64,000 nucleotides of DNA from contig JAFXNA010000018.1 in the NCBI GenBank assembly GCA_017529865.1, forward strand, positions 105,138-169,137, in the 5' to 3' direction. The translations under genes were made by a program, and so were the position numbers. Origin of the DNA: Bacteroidaceae bacterium. Lineage in GTDB: Bacteria; Bacteroidota; Bacteroidia; Bacteroidales; Bacteroidaceae. The notes under the pieces were generated by a model, which did not search any database, was not told where the DNA came from, and saw nothing but the letters and a program-made list of their open reading frames with translations. Within the stretch, counting starts at the first letter, position 1, and each line of letters begins with the position of its first letter. Shown piece after piece: positions 1-8,917 of the stretch.

Positions 1-62
1 TCACAGGTACACCTCAGCAAATGACTCAATCCAAGCAATCCATCACAGCAAAATATTTGTGA
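1..62 (+). CDS. uvrA: 3' end (last 20 codons) of a UvrA-type excinuclease ABC subunit A gene, cut by the window edge
   Basis: Frame 3 reads ..TGTPQQMTQSKQSITAKYL* with the stop at 60-62. The C-terminus matches the longer fragment at 1554-1766, which carries the UvrA C-terminal AD.II..GP..G..GG....GTP block. Confidence 0.5.
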   Translation, partial: TGTPQQMTQSKQSITAKYL

Positions 63-73
63 AATTTACTCCA

Positions 74-137
74 AACCGCTAAATTTATACTAAAATTGGC
101 GGTTGTAACCACTAAATTTATATATAATTTGGTGGTT
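74..137. terminator. two tandem copies of an AT-rich hairpin between convergent genes (possible bidirectional terminator)
   Basis: aaccgctaaattt..aaaattggcggtt (74-104) is followed by aaccactaaattt..taatttggtggtt (107-137). Both have 6-bp GC-containing outer stems and AT inner stems. They lie after the uvrA stop and after the minus-strand lipoprotein gene. Confidence 0.35.
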
Positions 138-186
138 TGCTATATTTTATAGCTTTTAATGCTGCCTATTCAGAAGCAACATTTAG

Positions 187-792
187 TTATTTATATAGTT
201 TAGATTTTTTGTGATTTTTCCAAGCCCATTTATGGGAAAGAATCCAGTTCTTCTTTAATAACTCATTATTGTTATCATACTGATAAAAAGATAGGATTCC
301 GCCATCTTCTTGTTTGGTTATTGGACGTCCTAAGTCTAAAAATCCTCCACGTGACCAATTGTCATAAATACAACTTTCTAATATATGAAGTTTATTATCT
401 TTATACATCTTATATAAGTAATGAAGTATTTTATTTTCACTAAATAATGTTTTGTCAATATATTGGGCATAGATAGTGTCATTCTTTATTTGATATAATC
501 CCCAAATCAACTTCTCTTGAAATACTGGTTCTTCTAAGTATATTTCTCCCCTTACTTTAGCTGGTGCATAACGATTAAGCAAAATACATGATATACCATC
601 TTCGTAAAAAATTACACTTAATGTAGTATCATTAGCATAATAGCCATCAATTCGTATAATTTTTTCAATACCTGACTTGTCACCATTATATTTCATAGAG
701 AAATGACTAGGTCTGAAAGCTTTGTCTAAATAGCCACAGGAAACGAATAGTATAACTATACAAAGTAATAGTGTGAAATTAATCCTCTTCAT
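187..792 (-). CDS. hypothetical lipoprotein, paralog of 779-1423
   Basis: 201-aa ORF with a signal peptide and lipobox (LFVSC). AT-rich. Shares blocks with the neighbouring ORF: GYY.ND..IFY.DG, WG.Y....AQ, and W.WK near the C-terminus. Confidence 0.6.
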   Translation of the reverse strand: MKRINFTLLLCIVILFVSCGYLDKAFRPSHFSMKYNGDKSGIEKIIRIDGYYANDTTLSVIFYEDGISCILLNRYAPAKVRGEIYLEEPVFQEKLIWGLYQIKNDTIYAQYIDKTLFSENKILHYLYKMYKDNKLHILESCIYDNWSRGGFLDLGRPITKQEDGGILSFYQYDNNNELLKKNWILSHKWAWKNHKKSKLYK

Positions 793-1423
793 AATTATAT
801 CTCAGATTTCTGTTGGACTTGTATTTTTTCTTAAATGCCTTGTAGGCTTTTTTGTCTTTCCAATACCATTTCTTCATCTTTAACCAATATGCAGGTTTTA
901 CGATATTATCCAATCGATGGAATGACAAGACAAGCGAATCCGGAATAGAATCATATTTTTGCTTTTCCATAGGCATGAATAGCCTGTCGCCTTCATAATT
1001 GTAAACAACTAGTGTAGAATCTGATTTGATAGTATAATGTGAACGACGTAATTCATACCACCATCCTATATGATTTACAATCTGTGCCTTTATCTTTTGA
1101 GCGTTTACATGATAAACACCCCAGTTGGCACAATAATAAATAAACTTATCACGAAAACTCAATAATGAGTCTTTATTCAAAATAGTGTTCATTTCCATCA
1201 ACGACCCGTCTGAATAGAATATGGCAATATAACCATAGTCATCATTGCTGTAATATCCTCCATGTTGTATCATATCTGTTTCAGGAGCTGTTCCTTCATA
1301 ATAATATGAAAAATACTTAGGCTGTCCATAGAAAAACTCCGTATTACCGATAGTACATGATAGAAGAACAATTGAAATAATTGTTACGCATAGGATTAAA
1401 ATGATTAAACTATTATTTCTCAT
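779..1423 (-). CDS. hypothetical lipoprotein, paralog of 187-792
   Basis: The ORF is open from 1450, but a TAtcTTTG box at 1448-1455 places the start at the ATG at 1423 (MRNNSLIILILCVTIISIVLLSC, lipobox). Overlaps the downstream paralog by 14 nt. Confidence 0.6.
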   Translation of the reverse strand: MRNNSLIILILCVTIISIVLLSCTIGNTEFFYGQPKYFSYYYEGTAPETDMIQHGGYYSNDDYGYIAIFYSDGSLMEMNTILNKDSLLSFRDKFIYYCANWGVYHVNAQKIKAQIVNHIGWWYELRRSHYTIKSDSTLVVYNYEGDRLFMPMEKQKYDSIPDSLVLSFHRLDNIVKPAYWLKMKKWYWKDKKAYKAFKKKYKSNRNLRYNYEED

Positions 1424-1447
1424 ATTTGTTTCCTTTGTTTTCTGCTG

Positions 1448-1455
1448 CAAAGATA
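1448..1455 (-). promoter_or_regulatory. Bacteroidetes -7 promoter box TAtcTTTG
   Basis: The plus strand reads caaagata, a match to the TAnnTTTG consensus, about 25 nt upstream of the ATG at 1423. Confidence 0.4.
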
Positions 1456-1553
1456 TAATGATTTTTTATAATCACAAAATATAAAACGAAAAAAAACTTT
1501 AGCTTTAAATTCTTTTAAAACAAAGGCTATATGTGTTTATAGAATTTAACTAA

Positions 1554-1766
1554 TTGGATGAGGATTACAGCATGGCGTGGAGGGATTCTTGTGCGCTTTC
1601 GGCGAAACGTAATGTCAAGATGGGTGAGCTTACGTCTCAAAAATCAGCTGATTATATCATCGAAATGGGTCCAGGAGCAGGAGAAAAAGGAGGTAAGGTC
1701 ATATTCACAGGTACACCTCAACAAATGCTTCAAAGTAAGGATTCTATTACAGCAAAGTATTTGTGA
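1554..1766 (+). pseudogene. 5'-truncated relic of a UvrA C-terminus (second copy)
   Basis: ..[39 protein letters not shown]. There is no N-terminal ABC domain. The last ~65 nt align with positions 1-65 of the window. Confidence 0.55.
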
Positions 1767-1793
1767 AATTGTAAGGTAAATATTACTTTATTA

Positions 1794-2771
1794 TCATGAT
1801 ATAGTAAAAGCACTAAATTGAACAAATGAAATTTTGGAATTCATTGGAAAAATAGAATTCAAATAGTCTTTCAATTCTTTGTTATTGGTAATGACAGTTG
1901 GAGCAGATTCTCCAGTAAAGAAATCAGTCATCTCTCCAGACTTTTTGTATTGAAGAATATAATATTTAATACGTGTTTTTTTATCATTAAATACTGAGGT
2001 TGAATAATTATTTTTTATGATTGTATTGATTTTCTTTTGCATCCAACTGCTAATTTCTAATACTTTACCTTTATCATCTACTTCAATAAACTCTGGTTGT
2101 AATTCTATTCGAATAGAATCAGCTGTGTAGGCGTATGTTTGACGAAGTGTATTTAATTCACCTATTCGTCTTATATCAAGGTTTATGTGTAAATATATTT
2201 CAGATAAACTATGTTTATCATTCATATAGCGAGGTAAGGTATTAAAATAGTTTTCTCCTTTAAATATCAAATGATCAGCTGCATTCTTCATCATCAGTTT
2301 ATCATCTTCAGTTGAAAAAGTAATATATGATCTATATTGATAGATATACTGCCAGTCAACTTTTGTTAAATAAGGAATTAAATAACTATTGATAGGAGTA
2401 AAAAATGCTCCTTTATAGTGATAAGCCTCATAAAGATATTTATTCAGTAATTGGTTGTATTGCTGGTAGTTTGAAAGATTATGTTTCAAATAATCTTTAT
2501 CATTTCCAGAATAACTACACCAAGAACTAATAAAATCAAACCCATTAATACTGTCCTGTAAATAGAATTTTCTGCAGAACTCCTCGCCATTCTTAGGATA
2601 TGAAATAAAGTCCTTGAAATATCTATTCATCCACCCATTAAATTCACTATTGGTTATGGTATCAAAATAAGCTATTTCTGATGAATAATTTTGCTTGTAT
2701 GAAGAAGAATTATTGCATGCTGTCATCATAATAACCACTAATAATGACATATATAATTTAATTCTATTCAT
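1794..2771 (-). CDS. hypothetical lipoprotein
   Basis: The ORF is open from a TTG at 2810, but the ATG at 2771 gives MNRIKLYMSLLVVIMMTAC (signal peptide and lipobox). AT-rich, with no domain I recognise. Confidence 0.55.
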   Translation of the reverse strand: MNRIKLYMSLLVVIMMTACNNSSSYKQNYSSEIAYFDTITNSEFNGWMNRYFKDFISYPKNGEEFCRKFYLQDSINGFDFISSWCSYSGNDKDYLKHNLSNYQQYNQLLNKYLYEAYHYKGAFFTPINSYLIPYLTKVDWQYIYQYRSYITFSTEDDKLMMKNAADHLIFKGENYFNTLPRYMNDKHSLSEIYLHINLDIRRIGELNTLRQTYAYTADSIRIELQPEFIEVDDKGKVLEISSWMQKKINTIIKNNYSTSVFNDKKTRIKYYILQYKKSGEMTDFFTGESAPTVITNNKELKDYLNSIFPMNSKISFVQFSAFTIS

Positions 2772-2822
2772 ACTATTATATGATTTAGCTTTAGTATATT
2801 TTCTCGGCAATGATCCTTATTT

Positions 2823-3444
2823 TTAATTCTCTTCCTCTTGCACAAATCCAATTCTGCGACGTGGTTTTTGTTCCTTGGGTTGCAACTCGGCGAGGGCGGT
2901 ACTGATGGCTTCAATTTGAGCGCGAGTGTCTTCATTGATGTCATTCTGATCATGCAGGATGTCCTCGATATCGAGTTTTAAGTCTTCGAAATCCTTACGC
3001 AACTGAGCAACATCGGCAGCTGTCTGTGGTAGGGATGTAGCCATGTGGCGGAATTCGACAAAGGCTCGGATTATTCCAATGTTTACCTGAATAGCCAGTG
3101 GGGAACGAAGTACACTACTCAGCATAGCCACTCCTTGCTCTGTAAATGCAAAAGGAAGTGAACGCGTCTTCGAAAAGTCTTTTGCGGTCGCAATTTGTGA
3201 CCGCAAAATTATATCTCCCTGATTATCAGCAACTTTTGAGGTCACAATTTGTGACCGCAAGATTTCAAACTCGCCTTTTGTTAACTGAAACATGAAATCT
3301 TCAGGAAAACGCTCTATATTACGTTTAACATTGGTTTAGTGCTTTGGTTTCTACTCCATACATAGCGGCCAAGTCAAAGTCCAGCATCACACGCTGTCCT
3401 CGTATCACATATATCTTACTTTGAATAACCTGTAAGTCGTTCAT
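2823..3444 (-). pseudogene. ORF6N/KilA-N-type DNA-binding protein gene, frameshifted
   Basis: The N-terminal piece [38 protein letters not shown] runs from the ATG at 3444 and hits a TAA at 3325-3327. The expected continuation [32 protein letters not shown] is in another frame and corresponds to the 156-aa ORF at 2823-3293. Confidence 0.7.
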
Positions 3445-3470
3445 ATTGGTTATATGATTGGTATCAGTTG

Positions 3471-3478
3471 CAAAGATA
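3471..3478 (-). promoter_or_regulatory. -7 promoter box TAtcTTTG for the ORF6N gene
   Basis: The plus strand reads caaagata, 27 nt upstream of the ATG at 3444. Confidence 0.4.
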
Positions 3479-3484
3479 GTTATT

Positions 3485-3518
3485 ATAATTGACTCCGTCG
3501 AACTAAAGTTTCGTAATT
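3485..3518. repeat. 34-bp dispersed repeat ataattgactccgtcgaactaaagtttcRtaatt, copy 1
   Basis: Identical except for one base to 50504-50537. Both copies are intergenic and lie next to taatgcataatt motifs. Confidence 0.85.
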
Positions 3519-3688
3519 CATACTTTTTAATGCATAATTAATGCTAATCAAAGTGTTTTTTCTTCTAAATCCTTACTTTTTGTAGTTTGTAATGGACAAA
3601 TTAGCTTACTGCTTACCGTTTACAATAATTAGTTTACAACTTACAGCCTTATATAGAGATAATAATATAAGTTAATCATCATGATCAA

Positions 3689-3840
3689 AGTGTGACAGTT
3701 ACAGTTGTGACAATTAGAAATCAAGGGTTACAACATGCCTTAAAATACTTTATAACTAATTAATATATAGATAGTTATATATAATATAGAGAGAATTGAT
3801 ACCCCTCAAAAATGAACTGTCACAACTGTAACTGTCACAC
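3689..3840. repeat. perfect 23-bp inverted repeat flanking a 106-bp AT-rich core
   Basis: GTGTGACAGTTACAGTTGTGACA at 3689-3711 and its exact reverse complement TGTCACAACTGTAACTGTCACAC at 3818-3840. Confidence 0.85.
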
Positions 3841-4473
3841 CCGACCATTATTCATTCATCTAATTAGCTGTATTACAATGAGTTACAATATCAGTAAATC
3901 GAATTCCTCTATGAGGCAAACGCTCGGAAAGGGATAGAATGTATAAAAATCCTGCTCTTTTAGGCCTCAAAAGATATGCAAACCCCCTTGTTTTGATGTT
4001 TTACCCTATATTTTGCGAACATATCAGTTGTTCTGAATTTCAGTACTTTGAACTCATTTTGAAGGTATTATGTGGCATAATGGTTAATTTGGTTGCAGAA
4101 ATAGGGGTAATAAGGGCCAAAATAACCCAGTCTTCTTTGATAATAACGAGGACTTATTCGAGGATAAGGATGGATTATTGAGTAAGATATTAATATTAAT
4201 TTAACATAATTTGCCATTAACAATTAACACTTCATTATTGCTCCTAACAAGAGGGTATTAAAGGAAAAAATTGTTACCCTTAAGGGAAAATTTTGTTACT
4301 ATTAAAGGTAACAAATGTTAGTCCTAAGGATTGAAAAATAAAGTATATAAAGGAAGAGAATATGAAGCTTGAAGTTAGTTATCAAATTGATAAGGAGAGA
4401 GTAAAAGTTAAAAAAATGAGGGTACTTTATCAATTATTTGATAAAGCATAATTTGTATTTAATAATTATTTCG

Positions 4474-4481
4474 TACCTTTG
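4474..4481 (+). promoter_or_regulatory. leuS promoter: TAccTTTG -7 box with TTTG at 4452-4455
   Basis: Matches the Bacteroidetes sigma-A consensus TTTG..TAnnTTTG, about 44 nt upstream of the ATG at 4525. Confidence 0.5.
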
Positions 4482-4524
4482 CACGCTAATTGTAAATAGT
4501 CAATTGTCTAATAGTAAAAGAACG

Positions 4525-7371
4525 ATGGAATACAACTTCAGAGAGATTGAACAGAAGTGGCAGCAGCGATGGGTGGAGCAGAAGACCTATCAGGTTGCAG
4601 AAGACAGTAGTAAGAAGAAATTTTATGTGCTGAACATGTTTCCTTACCCCAGTGGTGCAGGACTGCATGTGGGGCACCCATTAGGATATATTGCAAGTGA
4701 CATCTATGCACGCTACAAGCGTCTGCAGGGATTCAATGTGCTGAACCCTATGGGCTATGATGCCTATGGACTGCCTGCAGAGCAGTATGCCATACAGACT
4801 GGTCAGCACCCAGAAGTGACTACTTTCCAGAATATCAACCGTTATCGTGAGCAGCTGGATAAAATCGGCTTCTGCTTTGACTGGAATCGTGAGGTACGTA
4901 CTTGTGATCCTGGCTACTACCACTGGACTCAATGGGCTTTCCAGAAGATGTTCAACAGCTTCTATTGCTACAAATGCCAGTCGGCTCAACCTATAGACTC
5001 ACTCATCAAGCATTTTGAGGAGAAGGGCACAGAGGGTCTGGATGTGGCTCAGAGTGAGGAACTGACCTTCACTGCTGAGGAATGGAAGGCAATGGATGAG
5101 AAGCAGAAGAGTGACACACTGATGAACTACAGGATTGCATTCCTGGCAGAGACTAATGTGAACTGGTGTCCAGGACTTGGGACAGTTCTTGCCAATGATG
5201 AGGTGGTTGATGGTGTGAGTGTGAGAGGTGGATTCCCTGTAGAGCAGAAGAAGATGCGTCAGTGGTGTCTGCGTGTGTCAGCCTATGCTCAGCGTCTGCT
5301 GGATGGTCTTGACACCATAGACTGGAGTGAAAGTATCAAGGAAACCCAGAGAAACTGGATTGGCAGAAGTGAGGGTGCTGAAGTGAAGATAAAGGTGGCT
5401 GACAGTGATGTGGAGTTCACTATCTTCACCACCCGTGCTGATACCATGTTTGGTGTGACCTTCTTTGTACTGGCTCCTGAGAGTGAGCTGGTGGACTTGG
5501 TGACTACTGCTGATCAGCGTAAGGCTGTGGATGACTATATCAAGTATGTGAAGGGCAGAACTGAACGTGAACGTATGATTGACCATACTGTGACTGGTGT
5601 GTTCTCAGGTGCATACGGCATCAACCCTATCACAGGTGACAAATGTCCTATCTATGTGGCTGAATATGTGTTGGCAGGCTATGGTACAGGTGCCATCATG
5701 GCAGTACCTGCTCATGACAGTCGTGACTATGCCTTTGCCAAGCATTTCAATCTGCCTATTATCCCTCTGATTGAGGGGGCAGACATCAGCGAGGAGAGCT
5801 ATGATGCCAAGGAAGGTATTGTGATGAACTCACCAAAAGTAGAGCCCCTCTCTAACTCCCCCGAGGGGGAGGACTCTTTGGTGCTCAATGGGCTTACAGT
5901 AAAAGAGGCGATTGCAAAGACAAAGGAATATATTACCAGAACAGGTTTAGGACGTGTGAAGGTGAACTACCGCTTGCGTGATGCTATCTTCAGCCGTCAG
6001 AGATATTGGGGTGAACCATTCCCTGTGTATTACAAGAACGGTATTCCTCAGATGATTCCAGAGGAGTGTCTGCCTATTCAGTTGCCTGAAGTTGATAAGT
6101 TCCTGCCAACAGAGACGGGTGAACCTCCATTGGGCAATGCCACCTGCTGGGCTTGGGACGAAGCAAATAAGCAGATTGTGGAGAATAGCAAGATAGACAA
6201 CCAGACAGTCTTCCCAATCGAACTCTATACGATGCCAGGATTTGCAGGCTCATCAGCCTACTACCTGCGCTATATGGACCCTCACAACAATGAGGCTCTG
6301 CTTTCGAAGCAAGCTGCTGAATACTGGCAGAATGTGGACCTCTATGTAGGTGGAAGCGAACATGCTACTGGTCACCTGATCTATAGCCGATTCTGGAACA
6401 AGTTCCTGTATGACCTGGGCATCAGTGTGAAGGAAGAGCCATTCCAGAAGCTGATCAACCAAGGTATGATTCAAGGCAGGAGCAACTTTGTGTATCGCAT
6501 CAAGGACACCAACACCTTCGTGAGCCTGGACAAGAAAGAGGGCTATGAGGTGACTCCAATCCATGTGGATGTGAACATCGTGTCAGCTGATGTGCTGGAT
6601 GTAGAGGCATTCAAGGCATGGCGCCCTGAGTATCATGATGCAGAATTCATCCTGAATGATGAAGGTAAATACATCTGTGGATGGGCAGTGGAGAAGATGT
6701 CAAAGTCAATGTTCAATGTGGTGAACCCAGACATGATTGTAGAGAAGTTCGGTGCTGACACCCTGCGTCTGTATGAGATGTTCCTTGGTCCAGTGGAGCA
6801 GAGCAAGCCTTGGGACACCAATGGCATTGATGGCTGCCACCGTTTCCTGAAGAAATTCTGGAACTACATGACTGCCGACACCAAGGAGTGTGACCCTACA
6901 GCTCAGGAACTGAAAGCACTGCACACCCTCATCAAGAAGGTGACAGGCGACATTGAGCAGTTCTCATACAACACCAGCATTGCTGCCTTCATGATCTGTC
7001 TGAACGAACTGACCAAGATAAAGAGTGAGAGCAAGGCAGTGAAAGAGGCATTGGCTGTATTGATAGCACCATTCTGTCCGCACTTGGCAGAAGAGCTGTG
7101 GGAGATGCTGGGACATGCCACAACTGTGTGTGATGCCCCATGGCCAGCCTTCAATGAAGAATATCTGAAAGAGGACAACATGAAGATGATGGTGGCCTTC
7201 AATGGTAAGGCACGCTTCCCACTGGAATTCCCTGTGGGCACAGAGCAGCAGACCATCATCGACACTGCACTGCAGGAACCACAGTCGCAGAAGTGGCTGG
7301 AAGGATTCAATGTGGTGAAGGTGATTGTGGTGCCTGGCAAGATGATTAATATAGTACTGAAACCAGCATAA
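4525..7371 (+). CDS. leuS: leucine--tRNA ligase
   Basis: [16 protein letters not shown], a HVGH (HIGH-type) motif, [16 protein letters not shown], and KMSKS. The start is taken at the ATG at 4525 because the promoter box lies inside the longer ORF. Confidence 0.95.
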   Translation: MEYNFREIEQKWQQRWVEQKTYQVAEDSSKKKFYVLNMFPYPSGAGLHVGHPLGYIASDIYARYKRLQGFNVLNPMGYDAYGLPAEQYAIQTGQHPEVTTFQNINRYREQLDKIGFCFDWNREVRTCDPGYYHWTQWAFQKMFNSFYCYKCQSAQPIDSLIKHFEEKGTEGLDVAQSEELTFTAEEWKAMDEKQKSDTLMNYRIAFLAETNVNWCPGLGTVLANDEVVDGVSVRGGFPVEQKKMRQWCLRVSAYAQRLLDGLDTIDWSESIKETQRNWIGRSEGAEVKIKVADSDVEFTIFTTRADTMFGVTFFVLAPESELVDLVTTADQRKAVDDYIKYVKGRTERERMIDHTVTGVFSGAYGINPITGDKCPIYVAEYVLAGYGTGAIMAVPAHDSRDYAFAKHFNLPIIPLIEGADISEESYDAKEGIVMNSPKVEPLSNSPEGEDSLVLNGLTVKEAIAKTKEYITRTGLGRVKVNYRLRDAIFSRQRYWGEPFPVYYKNGIPQMIPEECLPIQLPEVDKFLPTETGEPPLGNATCWAWDEANKQIVENSKIDNQTVFPIELYTMPGFAGSSAYYLRYMDPHNNEALLSKQAAEYWQNVDLYVGGSEHATGHLIYSRFWNKFLYDLGISVKEEPFQKLINQGMIQGRSNFVYRIKDTNTFVSLDKKEGYEVTPIHVDVNIVSADVLDVEAFKAWRPEYHDAEFILNDEGKYICGWAVEKMSKSMFNVVNPDMIVEKFGADTLRLYEMFLGPVEQSKPWDTNGIDGCHRFLKKFWNYMTADTKECDPTAQELKALHTLIKKVTGDIEQFSYNTSIAAFMICLNELTKIKSESKAVKEALAVLIAPFCPHLAEELWEMLGHATTVCDAPWPAFNEEYLKEDNMKMMVAFNGKARFPLEFPVGTEQQTIIDTALQEPQSQKWLEGFNVVKVIVVPGKMINIVLKPA
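5843..5871 (+). repeat. GC-rich hairpin element (two C-boxes and one G-box) embedded in frame in leuS
   Basis: agcccctctctaactcccccgagggggag is identical over 29 nt to intergenic 50959-50987. ctccccc/gggggag forms the stem. Confidence 0.85.
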
Positions 7372-8912
7372 TGAGGAGCAAAGCCAAAATAATCTGGGAA
7401 GAGATATCAGTATATTTGTATATCTCACTCGGACTGATTATCTATGGTACAGGTGTCACCCTTTTCATGATACCCTACCAGATTACATCAGGCGGTGTGA
7501 CAGGTATATCATCACTGATATTCTATGCCACAGGTACGATTGAAGTACAGGTGTCATATCTGACCATCAATGCATTTCTGCTCATTGCAGCTGTGAAGAT
7601 ACTGGGGTGGAAGTTCTGCGTGAAAACCATCTATGGAGTATTGTTCCTCACCTTCTACATGTGGGCCATACAGCGAGTGGTGGAAGACCCTGTGACAGGT
7701 GACCTGCCCCGACTGGTGAAAGACCAGACCTTCATGGCAGTGGTGCTTGGAGCTGTGCTTGAAGGTATAGGACTGTCGATATGCTTCTCACACAATGGAA
7801 GTACAGGAGGTACAGATATCATAGCAGCCATTGTCAATAAGTACAAGGACATCTCCTTCGGGCAGGGTATCATGCTGTGTGACTGTATCATCATCTCGTC
7901 GAGTTACTTTGTCTATGAGCATAAATATGGTCCAGACGAAGCCTGGCAGATGATAGTCTTTGGATTCACCACCTTCATCATTGCAGGAGTGACCCTCGAC
8001 TATGCCCTCAACCGCACAAGGCAGGCTGTGGAGTTCAAGATATTCTCACGCAACTATGCCAGGATAGCAGATGCCATCTCGAATGCAGGATTTGGTGTGA
8101 CAGTGCTGGATGGAAATGGATGGTACACCCACTCAGAACGTAAGGTATTGGTGTGTATCTGTAGCCGCAGATATTCCTCTATCATCATGCGAGCCATCAA
8201 GCGGGTAGACCCCTACGCCTTTGTGTCTGTAGCCAATGTAGAAAGTGTATATGGAGAAGGATTCAGCATTATGAAAGCAAAACTGAAGAACCAGAAGCCG
8301 ATACTTGTCTTTGCCACCAACAATTCACATAAGTTGGAGGAAGTAAGAACCATCATCGGTGAGAAGTTTGAAATCCGTAGCCTGGAAGATATCAACTGCA
8401 AAGTTGAACTGCCTGAGACATCGGACACCCTGGAAGGAAATGCATTGCAGAAGGCACAGTATGTGAAGAAATTCTATGGCTTCGACTGCTTTGCTGATGA
8501 TACAGGTCTGGAGTGTGAAGCCCTGAATGGAGAGCCAGGAGTGATGACAGCCCGCTATGCAGGTGGGGCAGGACATGATGACAAGGCAAACATTCAGAAA
8601 CTGCTGACCAATCTGCAAGACAAAGAGAACAGGAAAGCACAGTTCCGCACTTCCATAGCACTGATTTACAAAGGTCAGACCTATTCATTCGAGGGAATTG
8701 TGAAAGGAACCATTGCAGAAGAGAAGCGTGGAGAAGCAGGATTTGGATATGACCCTGTATTCATCCCTGAAGGATATACCGACACCTTTGCCCAGCTGGG
8801 TGGTGACATCAAAAACACCATCAGCCATCGTGCCAGAGCAGTCAGCCAGTTGTGTGACTTCTTGTTTCACGAACAGGAAAAAAGGAAAAGAATTAGTAAT
8901 CGTAAAAGATAA
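7371..8912 (+). CDS. fusion protein: YitT-family membrane protein (DUF2179) plus RdgB/HAM1 non-canonical purine NTP pyrophosphatase
   Basis: The N-terminal ~300 aa are multi-TM and end in a DUF2179-like ..VESVYGEGF. The C-terminal ~200 aa read [32 protein letters not shown]. It is a single ORF, and its start overlaps the leuS stop (TAATG). Confidence 0.85.
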   Translation: MRSKAKIIWEEISVYLYISLGLIIYGTGVTLFMIPYQITSGGVTGISSLIFYATGTIEVQVSYLTINAFLLIAAVKILGWKFCVKTIYGVLFLTFYMWAIQRVVEDPVTGDLPRLVKDQTFMAVVLGAVLEGIGLSICFSHNGSTGGTDIIAAIVNKYKDISFGQGIMLCDCIIISSSYFVYEHKYGPDEAWQMIVFGFTTFIIAGVTLDYALNRTRQAVEFKIFSRNYARIADAISNAGFGVTVLDGNGWYTHSERKVLVCICSRRYSSIIMRAIKRVDPYAFVSVANVESVYGEGFSIMKAKLKNQKPILVFATNNSHKLEEVRTIIGEKFEIRSLEDINCKVELPETSDTLEGNALQKAQYVKKFYGFDCFADDTGLECEALNGEPGVMTARYAGGAGHDDKANIQKLLTNLQDKENRKAQFRTSIALIYKGQTYSFEGIVKGTIAEEKRGEAGFGYDPVFIPEGYTDTFAQLGGDIKNTISHRARAVSQLCDFLFHEQEKRKRISNRKR

Positions 8913-8917
8913 ATGAT

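Noticed and set aside
1558-1779. Alternative-frame 73-aa ORF over the UvrA fragment
   Set aside because: The frame starting at 1554 carries the recognisable UvrA C-terminal motif and the other frame carries none. Both are treated as one relic.
3689-3840. Insertion sequence or transposon
   Set aside because: The unit totals only 152 bp with no ORF between the inverted repeats and no evident target-site duplication. At most it is a MITE or an invertible segment.
3939-4181. 80-aa plus-strand ORF in the gene desert
   Set aside because: No promoter box, no recognisable domain, and a hydrophobic low-complexity product typical of random AT-rich ORFs.
4438-4524. N-terminal 29-aa extension of LeuRS in the ORF track
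   Set aside because: The TTTG/TAccTTTG promoter (4452-4481) lies inside it, and conserved LeuRS sequence begins at [12 protein letters not shown] (ATG at 4525).
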